In this document: positions 48,147 through 58,216 of the stretch, one piece after another
How the letters are laid out: every line of letters starts with the position of its first letter
Numbering within the stretch: position 1 is the first letter of the stretch
Source: an uncultured virus (IMG/VR IMGVR_UViG_3300020578_000012)
Taxonomy: Duplodnaviria; Heunggongvirae; Uroviricota; Caudoviricetes
DNA length: 64,000 nt
Virus record (IMG/VR): IMGVR_UViG_3300020578_000012
Strand: one strand, 5' to 3'
Position numbers and translations under genes: made by a program
The notes under the pieces: generated by a model
The model's database searches: none
Told to the model about the DNA's origin: nothing
What the model saw: only the letters and a program-made list of their open reading frames with translations

Positions 48147-49841
48147 ATGGCTTTTCAAGTATCACCAGGCGTGAATGTTTCCGAAATTGACGCAACAACA
48201 GTTGTACCATCAGTTTCCACATCCACTGGCGCTGTTGCTGGCGCATTTCAGTGGGGACCAATTGATGTTGTTCGTGCTGTTTCAACAGAGGACGAGTTGG
48301 TTGCGGTTTTCGGTAAACCAGACTCAGACACGTTTTTAACATTTTTTACAGCAGCAAATTTCCTTTCATATAGCAACAGCCTATTCGTTTCTCGTGCTGA
48401 TGCTGCAACTCTAAACGCTGCAGTTGGACTTAATGTAGCCTCATGGGCAGGCAATACAAAAATTCGCAATGAAGATCACTACTTTAATAGTTTCTTCACT
48501 ACTTCGAATGCGAATATTGTTGTAGCAGCTCGTTTTCCAGGATCTCTTGGAAACTCACTAAAGGTTGCAATCTGTGCAAACGCAAATGCTGGTGTGTTTT
48601 CAACTTGGACATATGCTCCATATTTCGACAGAGCACCAGGAACTTCAGGATATATCGCTGCAAACTTTAAGTCAAATGCAAATGATGAAATGCATATTGC
48701 AGTTATCGACGAAGATGGTTTGATCACAGGAACACCTAATACAGTGATCGAGCGCTACTCAAATGTATCTAAAGCAACAAATGCTAGAGATGAAAGTGGT
48801 GCATCACTATACTGGCGCGATGTTCTTTATACGAACTCTCGTTGGGTGTATGCAATGGGACAAAATAGCGCAACATGGGGTGTTGCTGCTAATGCTACTC
48901 ACTTCTTCGATGGCGAAAATCTAAACGGCATTTCATTTGTACAAGGTACAGATGCCACACCAACTGATGGCAATGTTCAAACTGCTTATACTCAGTTTGC
49001 TTCAACAGACAATGTTGACATTAGTTTGGTAATGACTGCTGGTCACTCTGAAACAGTTGTTGGTACAACAATAACTCTAGCAGGTGCAAGACGCGATTGC
49101 TTGACGTTCATATCACCATCCCTAGCAAATTGCCAAGCAGCTGATCCAACAACAGCAATTGTTAACTATCGTAATAATGCTCTTGCTAACGTATCCAACT
49201 CATTCGCAGTAATAGATAGCAACTGGAAGTATCAGTACGACAAGTATAACGACACTTATCGCTGGGTCCCATGTAACGGTGACACTGCTGGTCTCTGCGC
49301 GCAAACTGATCGTGATCGTGATCCATGGTTCTCACCAGCTGGATTTAATCGCGGTCAATTGAAGAATGTTGTTAAATTGGCATTTAATCCGAACCAAACA
49401 CAACGCGATACGCTTTACAAGAATAGTGTGAACCCAATTGTATCTTTCCCAGGAGAAGGAACTGTTCTCTTTGGTGATAAGACGCTTCTAAGCAAGCCAA
49501 GTGCATTTGATAGAATCAATGTCCGTCGCTTGTTTATCGTTCTTGAAAAAGCAATTGCTCGTGCTGCTCGCGCTCAGTTGTTCGAGTTCAATGATGAGTT
49601 TACAAGATCACAATTTGTAAATCTTGTCGAGCCATTCCTACGACTTGTACAATCACGTCGCGGTATCTATGATTTCCGTGTTGTTTGCGATGAGACAAAC
49701 AATACTTCTCAAATCGTCGATAGCAATCAGTTTGTTGGTGACATCTACATTAAGCCAGCCAAGGCAATTAACTTTATACAGTTGAACTTTGTTGCTGTTC
49801 GCTCAGGTGTTGCCTTCGATGAAATCGTAGGACGCTTCTAA
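48147..49841 (+). CDS. gp18: Tail sheath protein gp18
   Basis: SPGV.V.EID.T, F.WGP, W.SPAG.NRG, GDKT.....SAFDRINVRRLF, IYIKP...INFI.LNF. Confidence 0.97.
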   Translation: MAFQVSPGVNVSEIDATTVVPSVSTSTGAVAGAFQWGPIDVVRAVSTEDELVAVFGKPDSDTFLTFFTAANFLSYSNSLFVSRADAATLNAAVGLNVASWAGNTKIRNEDHYFNSFFTTSNANIVVAARFPGSLGNSLKVAICANANAGVFSTWTYAPYFDRAPGTSGYIAANFKSNANDEMHIAVIDEDGLITGTPNTVIERYSNVSKATNARDESGASLYWRDVLYTNSRWVYAMGQNSATWGVAANATHFFDGENLNGISFVQGTDATPTDGNVQTAYTQFASTDNVDISLVMTAGHSETVVGTTITLAGARRDCLTFISPSLANCQAADPTTAIVNYRNNALANVSNSFAVIDSNWKYQYDKYNDTYRWVPCNGDTAGLCAQTDRDRDPWFSPAGFNRGQLKNVVKLAFNPNQTQRDTLYKNSVNPIVSFPGEGTVLFGDKTLLSKPSAFDRINVRRLFIVLEKAIARAARAQLFEFNDEFTRSQFVNLVEPFLRLVQSRRGIYDFRVVCDETNNTSQIVDSNQFVGDIYIKPAKAINFIQLNFVAVRSGVAFDEIVGRF

Positions 49842-49872
49842 TAAATAGCATAAAGGCTCAGGAGTAAAAACA

Positions 49873-50475
49873 ATGGCATTTAATGCAGATCAATTTCGTA
49901 GTGTACTCGTAGATGATGGTGCTCGTCCTAATCTATTTGAAGTAGAACTCGGTTTCCCTTCTTACGTTCAAAACGTGGCAAGCCTTGCTCGCTTTATGGT
50001 AAAGACGGCGCAATTACCTGGATCAACACTAGGTAGCGTTCCTCTTCAATATTTCGGTCGTGAAGTTAAAGTTGCTGGTAATCGTACTTTCGCAGATTGG
50101 ACAGTTACAATTATCAATGACGAAAACTTTGCAATTCGTAATTCGATGGACGCTTGGATGCGCGGCATCAACAACAATGTAACCAACCTTCGCTCTAATA
50201 GTGCCAGAAACACATCATCTGGTGGCAGATTAATTGGAAACACAGGTGGTTATGCGAGTGATGCAACTGTAACACAATACAGAAAAACTGGCGGCACCGC
50301 AAAGAGATATCGTTTCGTTGGAATGTTTCCAATTGATATCACACCAATCGATCTAGATTGGGGTTCAAACGATACAGTTGAAGAGTTTTCAGTGACATTC
50401 CAGTATCAATACTGGACAGAAGTGAGTACGACAAGCGGATTCACTGGTACTTCATTATTCACAACAACTGCCTAA
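49873..50475 (+). CDS. gp19: Tail tube protein gp19
   Basis: GARPNLFEV, K.AQLPGS, GR..K.AG.RTF.DWTVT..NDE.F, L.W...D..EEF.VTF.YQYW. Confidence 0.95.
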   Translation: MAFNADQFRSVLVDDGARPNLFEVELGFPSYVQNVASLARFMVKTAQLPGSTLGSVPLQYFGREVKVAGNRTFADWTVTIINDENFAIRNSMDAWMRGINNNVTNLRSNSARNTSSGGRLIGNTGGYASDATVTQYRKTGGTAKRYRFVGMFPIDITPIDLDWGSNDTVEEFSVTFQYQYWTEVSTTSGFTGTSLFTTTA

Positions 50476-50489
50476 ATTTGAAATCCAAG

Positions 50490-50517
50490 AGGAGAGGATT
50501 TTCTCTCCTTTTGTTTT
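50490..50517 (+). terminator. Probable terminator after gp19
   Basis: AGGAGAG-GATTTT-CTCTCCT followed by TTTGTTTT. Confidence 0.7.
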
Positions 50518-50532
50518 ATTATGGAGTAACAT

Positions 50533-52107
50533 ATGGCAATTAATCTTTTCGGTTTCGAGATTGCGCGCAAAAAAGAAGAGGTTAGTATTCAACCAGCAAT
50601 CACTGCACCCGCTGCAGATGATGGTGCAGTGAATATATCCGCTGGCGGATATTTCGGAACTTATCTCGATCTAGAAACAAGTTTTAAAAACGAAAACGAT
50701 TTAATTACTCGTTATCGTGAAATGGCTATGCAGCCAGAACTTGAGTCTGCGGTTGATGATATCGTAAATGAAGCAATCGTCCACGACGTAACAGGTAAAT
50801 CTGTAACAATTATTCTTGACGATTTAGAACAACCAGATAATATTAAAGACATGATTCGCGAAGAATTTCAAAACGTTCTTCGTATGTTAGATTTCTCAAA
50901 CGAAGGCGCAGATATATTTCGTCGTTGGTATATTGACGGAAGATTGTATTATCAAGTTTTGGTTGATCAAAAACAGCCAAGACTGGGCATTCAAGATCTT
51001 GTCTACATTGACCCAAGAAAAATTAAAAAAGCGCGTCAAGTTATACGCGAAAAAGATCCACGTACAGGTGTTGAAGTTGTTAAAGGAACACAAGAATTTT
51101 ATGTGTTTAACGACAGAGCAACAACCACAGGTCAGACTGTTGTAACTTCACCAACAGATGCAAGCGTAAAAATTGCACCAGATGCAATTGTCAATGTGAA
51201 TTCTGGTTTGATGGATCCAAGAAGAATGCTAGTTCTTTCTTTCTTGCATAAAGCAATCAAACCACTTAATCAACTACGTTTGGTTGAGGATGCAGTTGTT
51301 ATCTATCGTTTATCGCGCGCACCAGAACGTCGTGTGTTCTATATTGACGTTGGTAACATGCCGAAGATTAAATCAGAACAATATCTTCGTGATATTATGA
51401 CCAAGTTTAGAAACAAAGTTGTATACGATAGCACAACTGGTGAAGTAAAGGACGATCGTAAATTCCTTTCAATGATGGAAGATTTTTGGATTCCACGTCG
51501 CGGTGAAGGTAAATCAACAGAAATTACAACACTCCCAGCAGGACAAAATCTTGGTGAATTATCTGACGTCAACTATTTTGAAAAGAAACTATACAAGGCT
51601 TTAAATGTACCAGTTTCTCGTCTAGAAACAACAACTGGATTTGCTCTTGGTCGTTCTACAGAAATTACGCGCGACGAATTAAAGTTCAGTAAATTTGTTG
51701 AGCGTTTAAGATCTAAATTTAGTATTTTGTTTGATGGATTAATGGAACGTCAGTTAGCGCTTAAAGGTATTTGCTCAGTTGATGAGTGGCAAGAATTAAA
51801 AGAAAAAATTCATTACGATTTCTTGAAAGATAATAACTTCGCAGAAATCAAAGAATCTGAGTTAATGGCTATTCGTCTTCAACTTATGCAACAAATTGAT
51901 CCATATGTTGGAACATATTTCTCGAAAGCATGGGTTCGTAAACATGTTCTTCACTTTGATGAAGAAGGAATTGAGCGTATGCAATCAGAATTGAGCGATG
52001 AGCAATCTGACCAACCTACAACGACACCACCAGAACAAACACAAGCTGTGAGTGGTCCAGCAACTCCTGATATTAATACCGCTTTTAATACTGCAATTAC
52101 TAAATAA
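50533..52107 (+). CDS. gp20: Portal protein gp20
   Basis: LI.RYREMA..PE...A.DDIVNEAI, FRRWYIDGR, EDAVVIYR.SRAPERRVFYIDVGN.PK, EDFW.PRR. Confidence 0.97.
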   Translation: MAINLFGFEIARKKEEVSIQPAITAPAADDGAVNISAGGYFGTYLDLETSFKNENDLITRYREMAMQPELESAVDDIVNEAIVHDVTGKSVTIILDDLEQPDNIKDMIREEFQNVLRMLDFSNEGADIFRRWYIDGRLYYQVLVDQKQPRLGIQDLVYIDPRKIKKARQVIREKDPRTGVEVVKGTQEFYVFNDRATTTGQTVVTSPTDASVKIAPDAIVNVNSGLMDPRRMLVLSFLHKAIKPLNQLRLVEDAVVIYRLSRAPERRVFYIDVGNMPKIKSEQYLRDIMTKFRNKVVYDSTTGEVKDDRKFLSMMEDFWIPRRGEGKSTEITTLPAGQNLGELSDVNYFEKKLYKALNVPVSRLETTTGFALGRSTEITRDELKFSKFVERLRSKFSILFDGLMERQLALKGICSVDEWQELKEKIHYDFLKDNNFAEIKESELMAIRLQLMQQIDPYVGTYFSKAWVRKHVLHFDEEGIERMQSELSDEQSDQPTTTPPEQTQAVSGPATPDINTAFNTAITK

Positions 52108-52123
52108 TTTATTGGAGTGAATT

Positions 52124-52426
52124 ATGACTGAAACAAATACAGAAATGAATACTGATGTAATGAGCGATTATAATGATTTTGCTAAAGTTAGCATCGTAGA
52201 TGCTGCTATAGCACAAGACAAAGACGCTTTTATGCAAGCCTTTAACAATGCAATATCACAAAAAGTTGTTGATGCGCTTGAGGTAAAAAAAGTAGAGATT
52301 GCTTCTAATTTAATCGGAACACAAGAAGTAGAAACGAATGAGATTGAAACAACTCAAGCAGAAGTTGACGGAAGCAGCGATGGAGAATCCATCGCAGCAG
52401 ATGCAACAGAAAGCCAAGAAGCCTGA
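52124..52426 (+). CDS. Prohead core protein (gp67-like)
   Basis: Small acidic ORF after the portal; F..AI..KV.DALE.KK.EIA. Confidence 0.65.
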   Translation: MTETNTEMNTDVMSDYNDFAKVSIVDAAIAQDKDAFMQAFNNAISQKVVDALEVKKVEIASNLIGTQEVETNEIETTQAEVDGSSDGESIAADATESQEA

Positions 52427-53213
52427 AGATACAGTCAGAGCAAAAGTTATGGCTGCTAAATCAGCATTGGGATTGAAAGATCTCAATGTTGCTGCTGCTA
52501 TTGCTGGGCATAAGATGTATCAGGCTCACGCATCAAAAAATCCTGATCTGCCTGCAAATCAAATTTTAAATAAAATTTCTGCTAATGCAAGAACTAATTA
52601 TCTAAAACTTACGTCAGAAGTTCCATCATCAGTATTAGGTAATGTTCCAATGACGCAATTTCGTTCTACGTTACAAAAATTAAAACAAGCGCGTGGAATA
52701 ATGCAGCAAGTAAATAACTCTTATGAAATTACTGATCTTAATCAAATTTCAGAAGCTGCAAGATTAAAAGATGAAATTAATCCACCTTATATGCTTGTAT
52801 TGAAGCGTAGAGGTATTCGTATTTTCCCAGATGGAAAACGTGTTGCGCTGTATGTTAACGAAAAACTTGGTTTAACATTTACAGTGCCATACGAACCTGC
52901 TGGAACAATGGCTAAAGAAGTTCTTCCTGGTGTTCAAGCCGAAGAAATTGAATTATCAGAAGAAAATATTGAAGAGAATATTGATCACATTAAAGATATT
53001 GTAGATAAACATCAAGCAAAAAAATTAAAATTTCTTGATGGAACTTCTATGAATGTTGATGCTACTACTGCAAAAGCAATACATTTAGCGCATGGTGCAT
53101 TAAACGATCAAAATAAAGCAAAAATTACAAGAATGATCTCTCACAGCAAAAGTCAATTTATGAAGGTTGCTGATTTTGCAATGAAAAATACTGCATTTAA
53201 AATAAACAAATGA
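52338..53213 (+). CDS. Putative prohead core/internal protein
   Basis: In the head cluster; PP.MLVLKR..IR.FPDG..VALY; several (I/L)xE potential gp21 cleavage sites; overlaps the upstream ORF by 89 nt. Confidence 0.6.
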   Translation: MRLKQLKQKLTEAAMENPSQQMQQKAKKPEDTVRAKVMAAKSALGLKDLNVAAAIAGHKMYQAHASKNPDLPANQILNKISANARTNYLKLTSEVPSSVLGNVPMTQFRSTLQKLKQARGIMQQVNNSYEITDLNQISEAARLKDEINPPYMLVLKRRGIRIFPDGKRVALYVNEKLGLTFTVPYEPAGTMAKEVLPGVQAEEIELSEENIEENIDHIKDIVDKHQAKKLKFLDGTSMNVDATTAKAIHLAHGALNDQNKAKITRMISHSKSQFMKVADFAMKNTAFKINK

Positions 53214-53512
53214 AAACAGTTGCTGAAGTTGTAAAAGAGATTATAGCAGAAGCGAATGTTCAACGCATGGGTCGTAAGAAACTTATTCGTGCGCGTGTTC
53301 GTGGTGGTAAAGTTCAACGTCGTAAAGTATTTTCTGCTGTAAAAGGATATACAATTCGTGGTGGGAGAATGATTCGTATTTCTCCATCTGAAAGATTAAA
53401 AAGAAAGATGGGTGCTCGCCGCGCAAAAGTAAAACGTAGAGCAAAAATGGCGAGAGCATTAATTAAAAGAAAGCGTTCACTTCGTAGACGCGCATCACTA
53501 GGACTAAGATAA
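53210..53512 (+). CDS. Highly basic prohead core protein (gp68-like)
   Basis: Arg/Lys-rich, ending KRKRSLRRRASLGL; immediately precedes gp21. Confidence 0.65.
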   Translation: MKTVAEVVKEIIAEANVQRMGRKKLIRARVRGGKVQRRKVFSAVKGYTIRGGRMIRISPSERLKRKMGARRAKVKRRAKMARALIKRKRSLRRRASLGLR

Positions 53513-54157
53513 ATGAAATTAATTACAGAGAATATTGAAGAAGTAAAGTTAGTCACTGAAGAAAAAAACGGTGTCAAAACACTTTACATTCAAGGACCAT
53601 TTCTTGTTTCAGAAACAAAAAACCGCAATGGTCGTATGTATCGCAAAGAAACTCTTGCTAACGAAGTAAAGCGTTACAATGAAGAATATGTTACTAAGAA
53701 TCGTGCATTTGGTGAGTTGGGTCATCCAGAGTCACCAACAATCAATTTAGATCGCGTTTCGCATCTAATCACAAGCCTCAAGGAAGATGGTAATGTCTTC
53801 GTAGGAAAGGCGAAAATTCTTGAAACACCAATGGGTAAAATCGCCAAGTCTCTAATGGAAGGCGGTGCAACTCTTGGTGTGTCATCGCGTGGCATGGGCT
53901 CCGTTAAAAACGAGGGTGGTGTCAACATTGTTCAGGATGACTTTTATCTCGCTACAGCAGCAGATATTGTCGCGGATCCGTCCGCACCAGGTGCTTTCGT
54001 TTCAGGTATTATGGAAGGCAAAGAGTGGGTTTGGGATAATGGCATTGTAAAAGAAATTGACGTCAATGCTTATTACGAACAAATCAAGAACGCAAAGCAA
54101 AAACAAATCGACGAAATCTCATTAAAGATTTTTGAGAATTTCGTGTCAAAACTTTAA
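53513..54157 (+). CDS. gp21: Prohead protease gp21
   Basis: MKLITE, NRNGR.Y, GELGHP, GVSSRG.GS, DIVADPSAP.AFV.GIME. Confidence 0.96.
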   Translation: MKLITENIEEVKLVTEEKNGVKTLYIQGPFLVSETKNRNGRMYRKETLANEVKRYNEEYVTKNRAFGELGHPESPTINLDRVSHLITSLKEDGNVFVGKAKILETPMGKIAKSLMEGGATLGVSSRGMGSVKNEGGVNIVQDDFYLATAADIVADPSAPGAFVSGIMEGKEWVWDNGIVKEIDVNAYYEQIKNAKQKQIDEISLKIFENFVSKL

Positions 54158-54161
54158 ATTT

Positions 54162-54169
54162 TATAAATA
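54162..54169 (+). promoter_or_regulatory. Late promoter TATAAATA for gp22-gp23
   Basis: Exact consensus, intergenic. Confidence 0.8.
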
Positions 54170-54196
54170 ATATTACTTCTTTAGGAGTTTAAACAA

Positions 54197-55438
54197 ATGG
54201 CTAAAACATTATCTGAATCTGCTGCTGAAATCCTCAAGGCATCTATGAATGCAGGAAAAGAACCAGCTGCAACACTTTCAGCCGAAGTTCAGGATCTCGG
54301 CGGACAAACCCCACAATCACAGTCCACAGCAATTGGTGCGGCTGCTTCTGCTAAAATGAAAGAAGCACCAAAACCAGGTGTAACGGGCGCACCAGCAGAG
54401 CCAATGAAGAAGGCTCCTGAGACAGCCAAGAAAGTCGGCGATGAAGAAGAAGAAGCTCTTAAGAAGAATCCAGTTGATGCTGGTTCAGTTAAGGCTGAAG
54501 AAGCCGAAGTTGAAGGCGAAGAAGTTGTCACTGAAGAAGAAGCAGCCACTGAAGAAGAAGCAGCCACTGAAGAAGAAGCAGCCACTGAAGAAGAAGCAGC
54601 CATTGCTGATGACATTTCCGATAACATTTCGGAAGAAAATTTAGAAGATAATGTCGCAGAAATGCAAGAATTAATGAAAAAAGAGATGGTTGAAAAGTAT
54701 CGTGGCTCAATGAGAGAAGATATCGATGCTCTTTTCAATGGCGAATCTCTTTCTGAAGATTTCCGTGTTAAAGCAACTCTTATTTTTGAAACTGCCGTTC
54801 AATCTCGCGTAGAGAAGATTGTTGAAGAAGTTCTTTCTGAGAACGATAATATTCTTAACGAAGCAGTTGACGCAATTAAGACTGAACTCGCCGACCAAGT
54901 TGATGAGTATCTCAACTATGTCGTTGAAGAGTGGGTCAAGGAAAATGAAGTTGCTATTGAGACAGGTCTTCGCGCAGAACTATCTGAAGACTTCATCAAT
55001 GGTCTCAAGAATCTATTTGCTGAGCACTACATCGAAATTCCAGAAGAGAAAGTCGATGTTGCCGAAGAGCTTGCTGCTAAAGTTGTAGAACTAGAAATGT
55101 CTGCTGCATCAAAAGATGAAGCAATTGCTGGTCTTACAGAACAAATCAATGCAGTCAAGAAAGCAAAATCAATCAATCTCGCTTGCGAAGGTCTAACAGC
55201 CGTTCAAGCTGAGAAAATGAAATCACTCGCAGAGAGTGTGGAGTTCACCACAGAAGGTGATTTTGATAATAAGCTCGCAGTACTACGCGAGAACTACTTC
55301 CCAAGTAAAGTAAACGTGAAGAGTGAGGTTAAGGAAATTCAAGAAACAGCTGTTGAATCTCCAGAAGTAGAAGAAATTCGTAATTCAATCATGTCTCGTT
55401 ATGTTCAATCAATCACAAAAACGGCTCCAAAAGCCTAA
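54197..55438 (+). CDS. gp22: Prohead scaffold gp22
   Basis: LSEDF..KA..IFE.AV, VD.YL.YVVEEW..EN..A.E.GL..E..E.F..GL..LF.EHYI. Confidence 0.93.
   Translation: MAKTLSESAAEILKASMNAGKEPAATLSAEVQDLGGQTPQSQSTAIGAAASAKMKEAPKPGVTGAPAEPMKKAPETAKKVGDEEEEALKKNPVDAGSVKAEEAEVEGEEVVTEEEAATEEEAATEEEAATEEEAAIADDISDNISEENLEDNVAEMQELMKKEMVEKYRGSMREDIDALFNGESLSEDFRVKATLIFETAVQSRVEKIVEEVLSENDNILNEAVDAIKTELADQVDEYLNYVVEEWVKENEVAIETGLRAELSEDFINGLKNLFAEHYIEIPEEKVDVAEELAAKVVELEMSAASKDEAIAGLTEQINAVKKAKSINLACEGLTAVQAEKMKSLAESVEFTTEGDFDNKLAVLRENYFPSKVNVKSEVKEIQETAVESPEVEEIRNSIMSRYVQSITKTAPKA
54529..54602 (+). repeat. Perfect 18-bp tandem repeat x4 (TEEEAA) in gp22
   Basis: CACTGAAGAAGAAGCAGC four times. Confidence 0.95.
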
Positions 55439-55463
55439 TTTAATTTAACTGAGGTATCACTAA

Positions 55464-56789
55464 ATGTATATTAACGAAACATATGCAAAGAAGTGGGCAC
55501 CAGTTCTTGATCACCCAGAACTCCCAAAGATTACAGACAACTACAAGCGCGCTGTAACTGCTCTAGTTCTAGAAAATCAAGAGCGTGCTCTTATGGAAGA
55601 AACCCGCGCAATGACAAACCTATGGGAAGCATCACCTGCTAATGCCATGGGTTCTGCAGGCGTAAGCGGTCTTACATCAACAGTCAACACAGGCGTAACA
55701 GGATTTGACCCAATTCTAATTGGTCTTGTCCGTCGTGCACTACCAAACCTAATGGCTTATGATATCTGCGGCGTTCAGCCAATGACTGGTCCAACAGGTT
55801 TGATTTTCGCAATGCGTTCAACCTTTGCAACGTCATCAGCACGTGGCGGTGAAGCGCTCTTCGGAGAAGCAAACAACGCTCACTCTGGTAACGGCACAAT
55901 GACTGCATTCAGCACGGCAGTCAATCCTGGTAATGCTAACTCATCAATCTACGGTCTAGCAAACACAGGCTTCGGTTTGGATACATCTGCTGGTGAAGAT
56001 CTAACCATGAAGTTTATGGGCTTCCAAATCGATCGTGTTGCTGTTACAGCAAATACACGTGGTCTACAAGCAGCCTATACGCTAGAACTTGCGCAAGATC
56101 TCAAAGCAATTCATGGTCTCGATGCAGAAACAGAATTGACAAATATTTTGTCAACTGAAATTCTAGCTGAAATCAACCGCGAAGTTGTTCGTACGATCTA
56201 TGCAACTGCTAACGTAGGTATTGTTGGCGTAACATCAAATACTTTCAATCTATCTTCATCAAGCGACACAAGCGGACGCTGGCAGGTTGAGAAGTATAAG
56301 TCACTCTTGTTCGCAATCGAAAGAGCAGCAAACAAGATCGCCAAGGACACTCGTCGTGGTAAGGGTAATATGCTCATCCTTTCAACCGATGCAGCATCAG
56401 CTCTTGCAATGACAGGTCTTCTAGACTACAACTCAGCACTATCAAACAACACCAATCTAACAGTTGATGATACAGGCAACACATTCGCTGGTACACTCTT
56501 CGGACGTATCAAAGTTTATGTTGACCCATATTCAGTTGCTGGTGCAGACTATGTTGTTGTCGGTTATAAGGGATCAACTCCTTATGATGCTGGCTTGTTC
56601 TACTGCCCATACGTTCCTCTACAAATGGTACGTGCTATCGACCCAACGACTTACCAACCAAAAGTTGGCTTCAAGACACGTTATGGTCTCGTAGCAAATC
56701 CATTCGCAACTACAGCAGGCACTGGTGCTCTATCAAACGGCACAAACGTGTACTACCGCAAGTTCGAAGTGTTGAACATCAACCAGTAA
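55464..56789 (+). CDS. gp23: Major capsid protein gp23
   Basis: KW.PVLDH, LVRR..PNL.AYDICGVQPMTGPTGLIFAMR, ELAQDLKAIHGLDAE.EL, YCPYVPLQM, GFKTRYG. Confidence 0.98.
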   Translation: MYINETYAKKWAPVLDHPELPKITDNYKRAVTALVLENQERALMEETRAMTNLWEASPANAMGSAGVSGLTSTVNTGVTGFDPILIGLVRRALPNLMAYDICGVQPMTGPTGLIFAMRSTFATSSARGGEALFGEANNAHSGNGTMTAFSTAVNPGNANSSIYGLANTGFGLDTSAGEDLTMKFMGFQIDRVAVTANTRGLQAAYTLELAQDLKAIHGLDAETELTNILSTEILAEINREVVRTIYATANVGIVGVTSNTFNLSSSSDTSGRWQVEKYKSLLFAIERAANKIAKDTRRGKGNMLILSTDAASALAMTGLLDYNSALSNNTNLTVDDTGNTFAGTLFGRIKVYVDPYSVAGADYVVVGYKGSTPYDAGLFYCPYVPLQMVRAIDPTTYQPKVGFKTRYGLVANPFATTAGTGALSNGTNVYYRKFEVLNINQ

Positions 56790-56841
56790 TAGTTGATAAA
56801 AAGTTTGCCAATTTACTAATAATAATAAGGCAAAACGAATT

Positions 56842-56870
56842 GGGGGACTGGAAACAGTCCCCCTTTTTTT
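56842..56870 (+). terminator. Rho-independent terminator after gp23
   Basis: GGGGGACTG-GAAA-CAGTCCCCC followed by T7. Confidence 0.92.
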
Positions 56871-56888
56871 ATGCACTAAATAATGAAT

Positions 56889-57110
56889 ATGGCGAAGATT
56901 ATTCTTCTATCTGATCTAAAAGACCTGCGGCGACAAAAAGAGCAGGAGTTAAATTATTACTCAGAAAAATTAGAAGAACTGAATAAAAAATTGTTCTTTA
57001 TTCGTAAAGAAATAGATTTAACGAATTTTATTATTGATCTTATTGAGAAAGAGAATATCGTAGACCTACGGAAACTCATCGATGACAGCACTGACACGCA
57101 ATCCAAATAA
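56889..57110 (+). CDS. Small coiled-coil hypothetical protein
   Basis: Short helical ORF after ACTAAATA (56875-56882); alternative ATG at 56883. Confidence 0.6.
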   Translation: MAKIILLSDLKDLRRQKEQELNYYSEKLEELNKKLFFIRKEIDLTNFIIDLIEKENIVDLRKLIDDSTDTQSK

Positions 57111-57639
57111 CGTAGACTTACTACAGTCAACAAAATTTAGAATTACTTTTGATAGATTGCCAGGAATGACATATTTTTGTCAAACTGCAAATTTACCAGG
57201 AATCTCTCTTACTGAAATTCCCAAACCAACACCATTTGTTGAGATGTATATTCCTGGCGAAAAATTAACTTATGATACATTAAACATTACTTTTCTTGTT
57301 GATGAAGATCTTCGTGCATGGACACAAATACATGACTGGATGCGCGGTATAACATTCCCATTAGATTTTGAAGAATACTTAAATTTGCAAAAACAAAATT
57401 CAGTTAATAATTTGGGTAAACAATTTTTGCCCAGCAATAGTTTGTCTGGTGGACAGTATACTGATGCAATTATGACTATTTTTACAAATAAAAATAATCC
57501 AAATTTCCGTGTTAAATTTGTTGGTTTATTCCCAGTATCATTATCAACAATTATATTCAACACTGGCGATTCAGCGGACAACGTTGTAACCGCAGATGCA
57601 ACATTTCGCTTTACATACTATAATTATGAAAGAGTATAG
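57082..57639 (+). CDS. gp3: Tail tube terminator/completion protein gp3
   Basis: F.....RLP...YFCQ.ANLPGI, PG.KL.YD.L.ITFLVDE.L..W..I..W, FP.SLS. Confidence 0.88.
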   Translation: MTALTRNPNNVDLLQSTKFRITFDRLPGMTYFCQTANLPGISLTEIPKPTPFVEMYIPGEKLTYDTLNITFLVDEDLRAWTQIHDWMRGITFPLDFEEYLNLQKQNSVNNLGKQFLPSNSLSGGQYTDAIMTIFTNKNNPNFRVKFVGLFPVSLSTIIFNTGDSADNVVTADATFRFTYYNYERV

Positions 57640-57666
57640 AAGAGTTCGTTCATACCGAACATAGTG

Positions 57667-57695
57667 ATTATATCTAGTGTAGATTCAAAAGTAAA
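57667..57695 (-). promoter_or_regulatory. Sigma70-like promoter pointing antisense into gp3
   Basis: Minus strand reads TTTACT-tttgaatctacactaga (17 nt)-TATAAT. Confidence 0.65.
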
Positions 57696-57708
57696 CTATA
57701 CAAAAATA

Positions 57709-57737
57709 TTTACTTTATGATTGTTTTACAGTATGAT
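57709..57737 (+). promoter_or_regulatory. Sigma70-like promoter for the uvsY operon
   Basis: TTTACT (57709-57714), 17 nt spacer, TATGAT (57732-57737). Confidence 0.65.
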
Positions 57738-57766
57738 ATGTGTATCTGTAACTTTAATGCAATATT

Positions 57767-58216
57767 ATGGCAATTGAAACTCCTCCACTTGAAGAAATTA
57801 TGAAGCAATGGGAAAAAGACAGTGAAGTTGATACCACTGAGCCAGGAAAAGAAATTCTCCGCATTCCAATTTTACACAACAAGTATAACAAATACTTGTC
57901 GCTGCACAATTTGTCAGCGAAGCGAGCCTCTCTTGAATTTGATAAGATCAAAAAACTCAAGTGGGAATACTACACTGGTAAACTTGACCAAGAACAGTTA
58001 GAAAAACTTGGTTGGGAGCCATTTCGTTTTACGCTCAAATCAGATATATCTGTATACATCGATGGGGATGATGATTTGAACAAATTGAAACGTAAGAAAT
58101 CATATCACGAAGAAGCAGCAAAATTTTGTGAACACGTAATGAAAGAATTAAACAATCGTACTTGGCAATTGAAGGAGTATATGGGGTGGGAGAAATTCAT
58201 ACAGGGAGCAAGGTAA
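57767..58216 (+). CDS. uvsY: Recombination mediator UvsY
   Basis: W.KDS..D, IP.LH.KY, K.EYY.GK, LKSD...Y...D.D, R.WQLK....W.KF..G. Confidence 0.9.
   Translation: MAIETPPLEEIMKQWEKDSEVDTTEPGKEILRIPILHNKYNKYLSLHNLSAKRASLEFDKIKKLKWEYYTGKLDQEQLEKLGWEPFRFTLKSDISVYIDGDDDLNKLKRKKSYHEEAAKFCEHVMKELNNRTWQLKEYMGWEKFIQGAR

Noticed and set aside
46454..56789. Introns or inteins in terminase, portal or capsid genes
   Set aside because: All are uninterrupted and of ordinary length.
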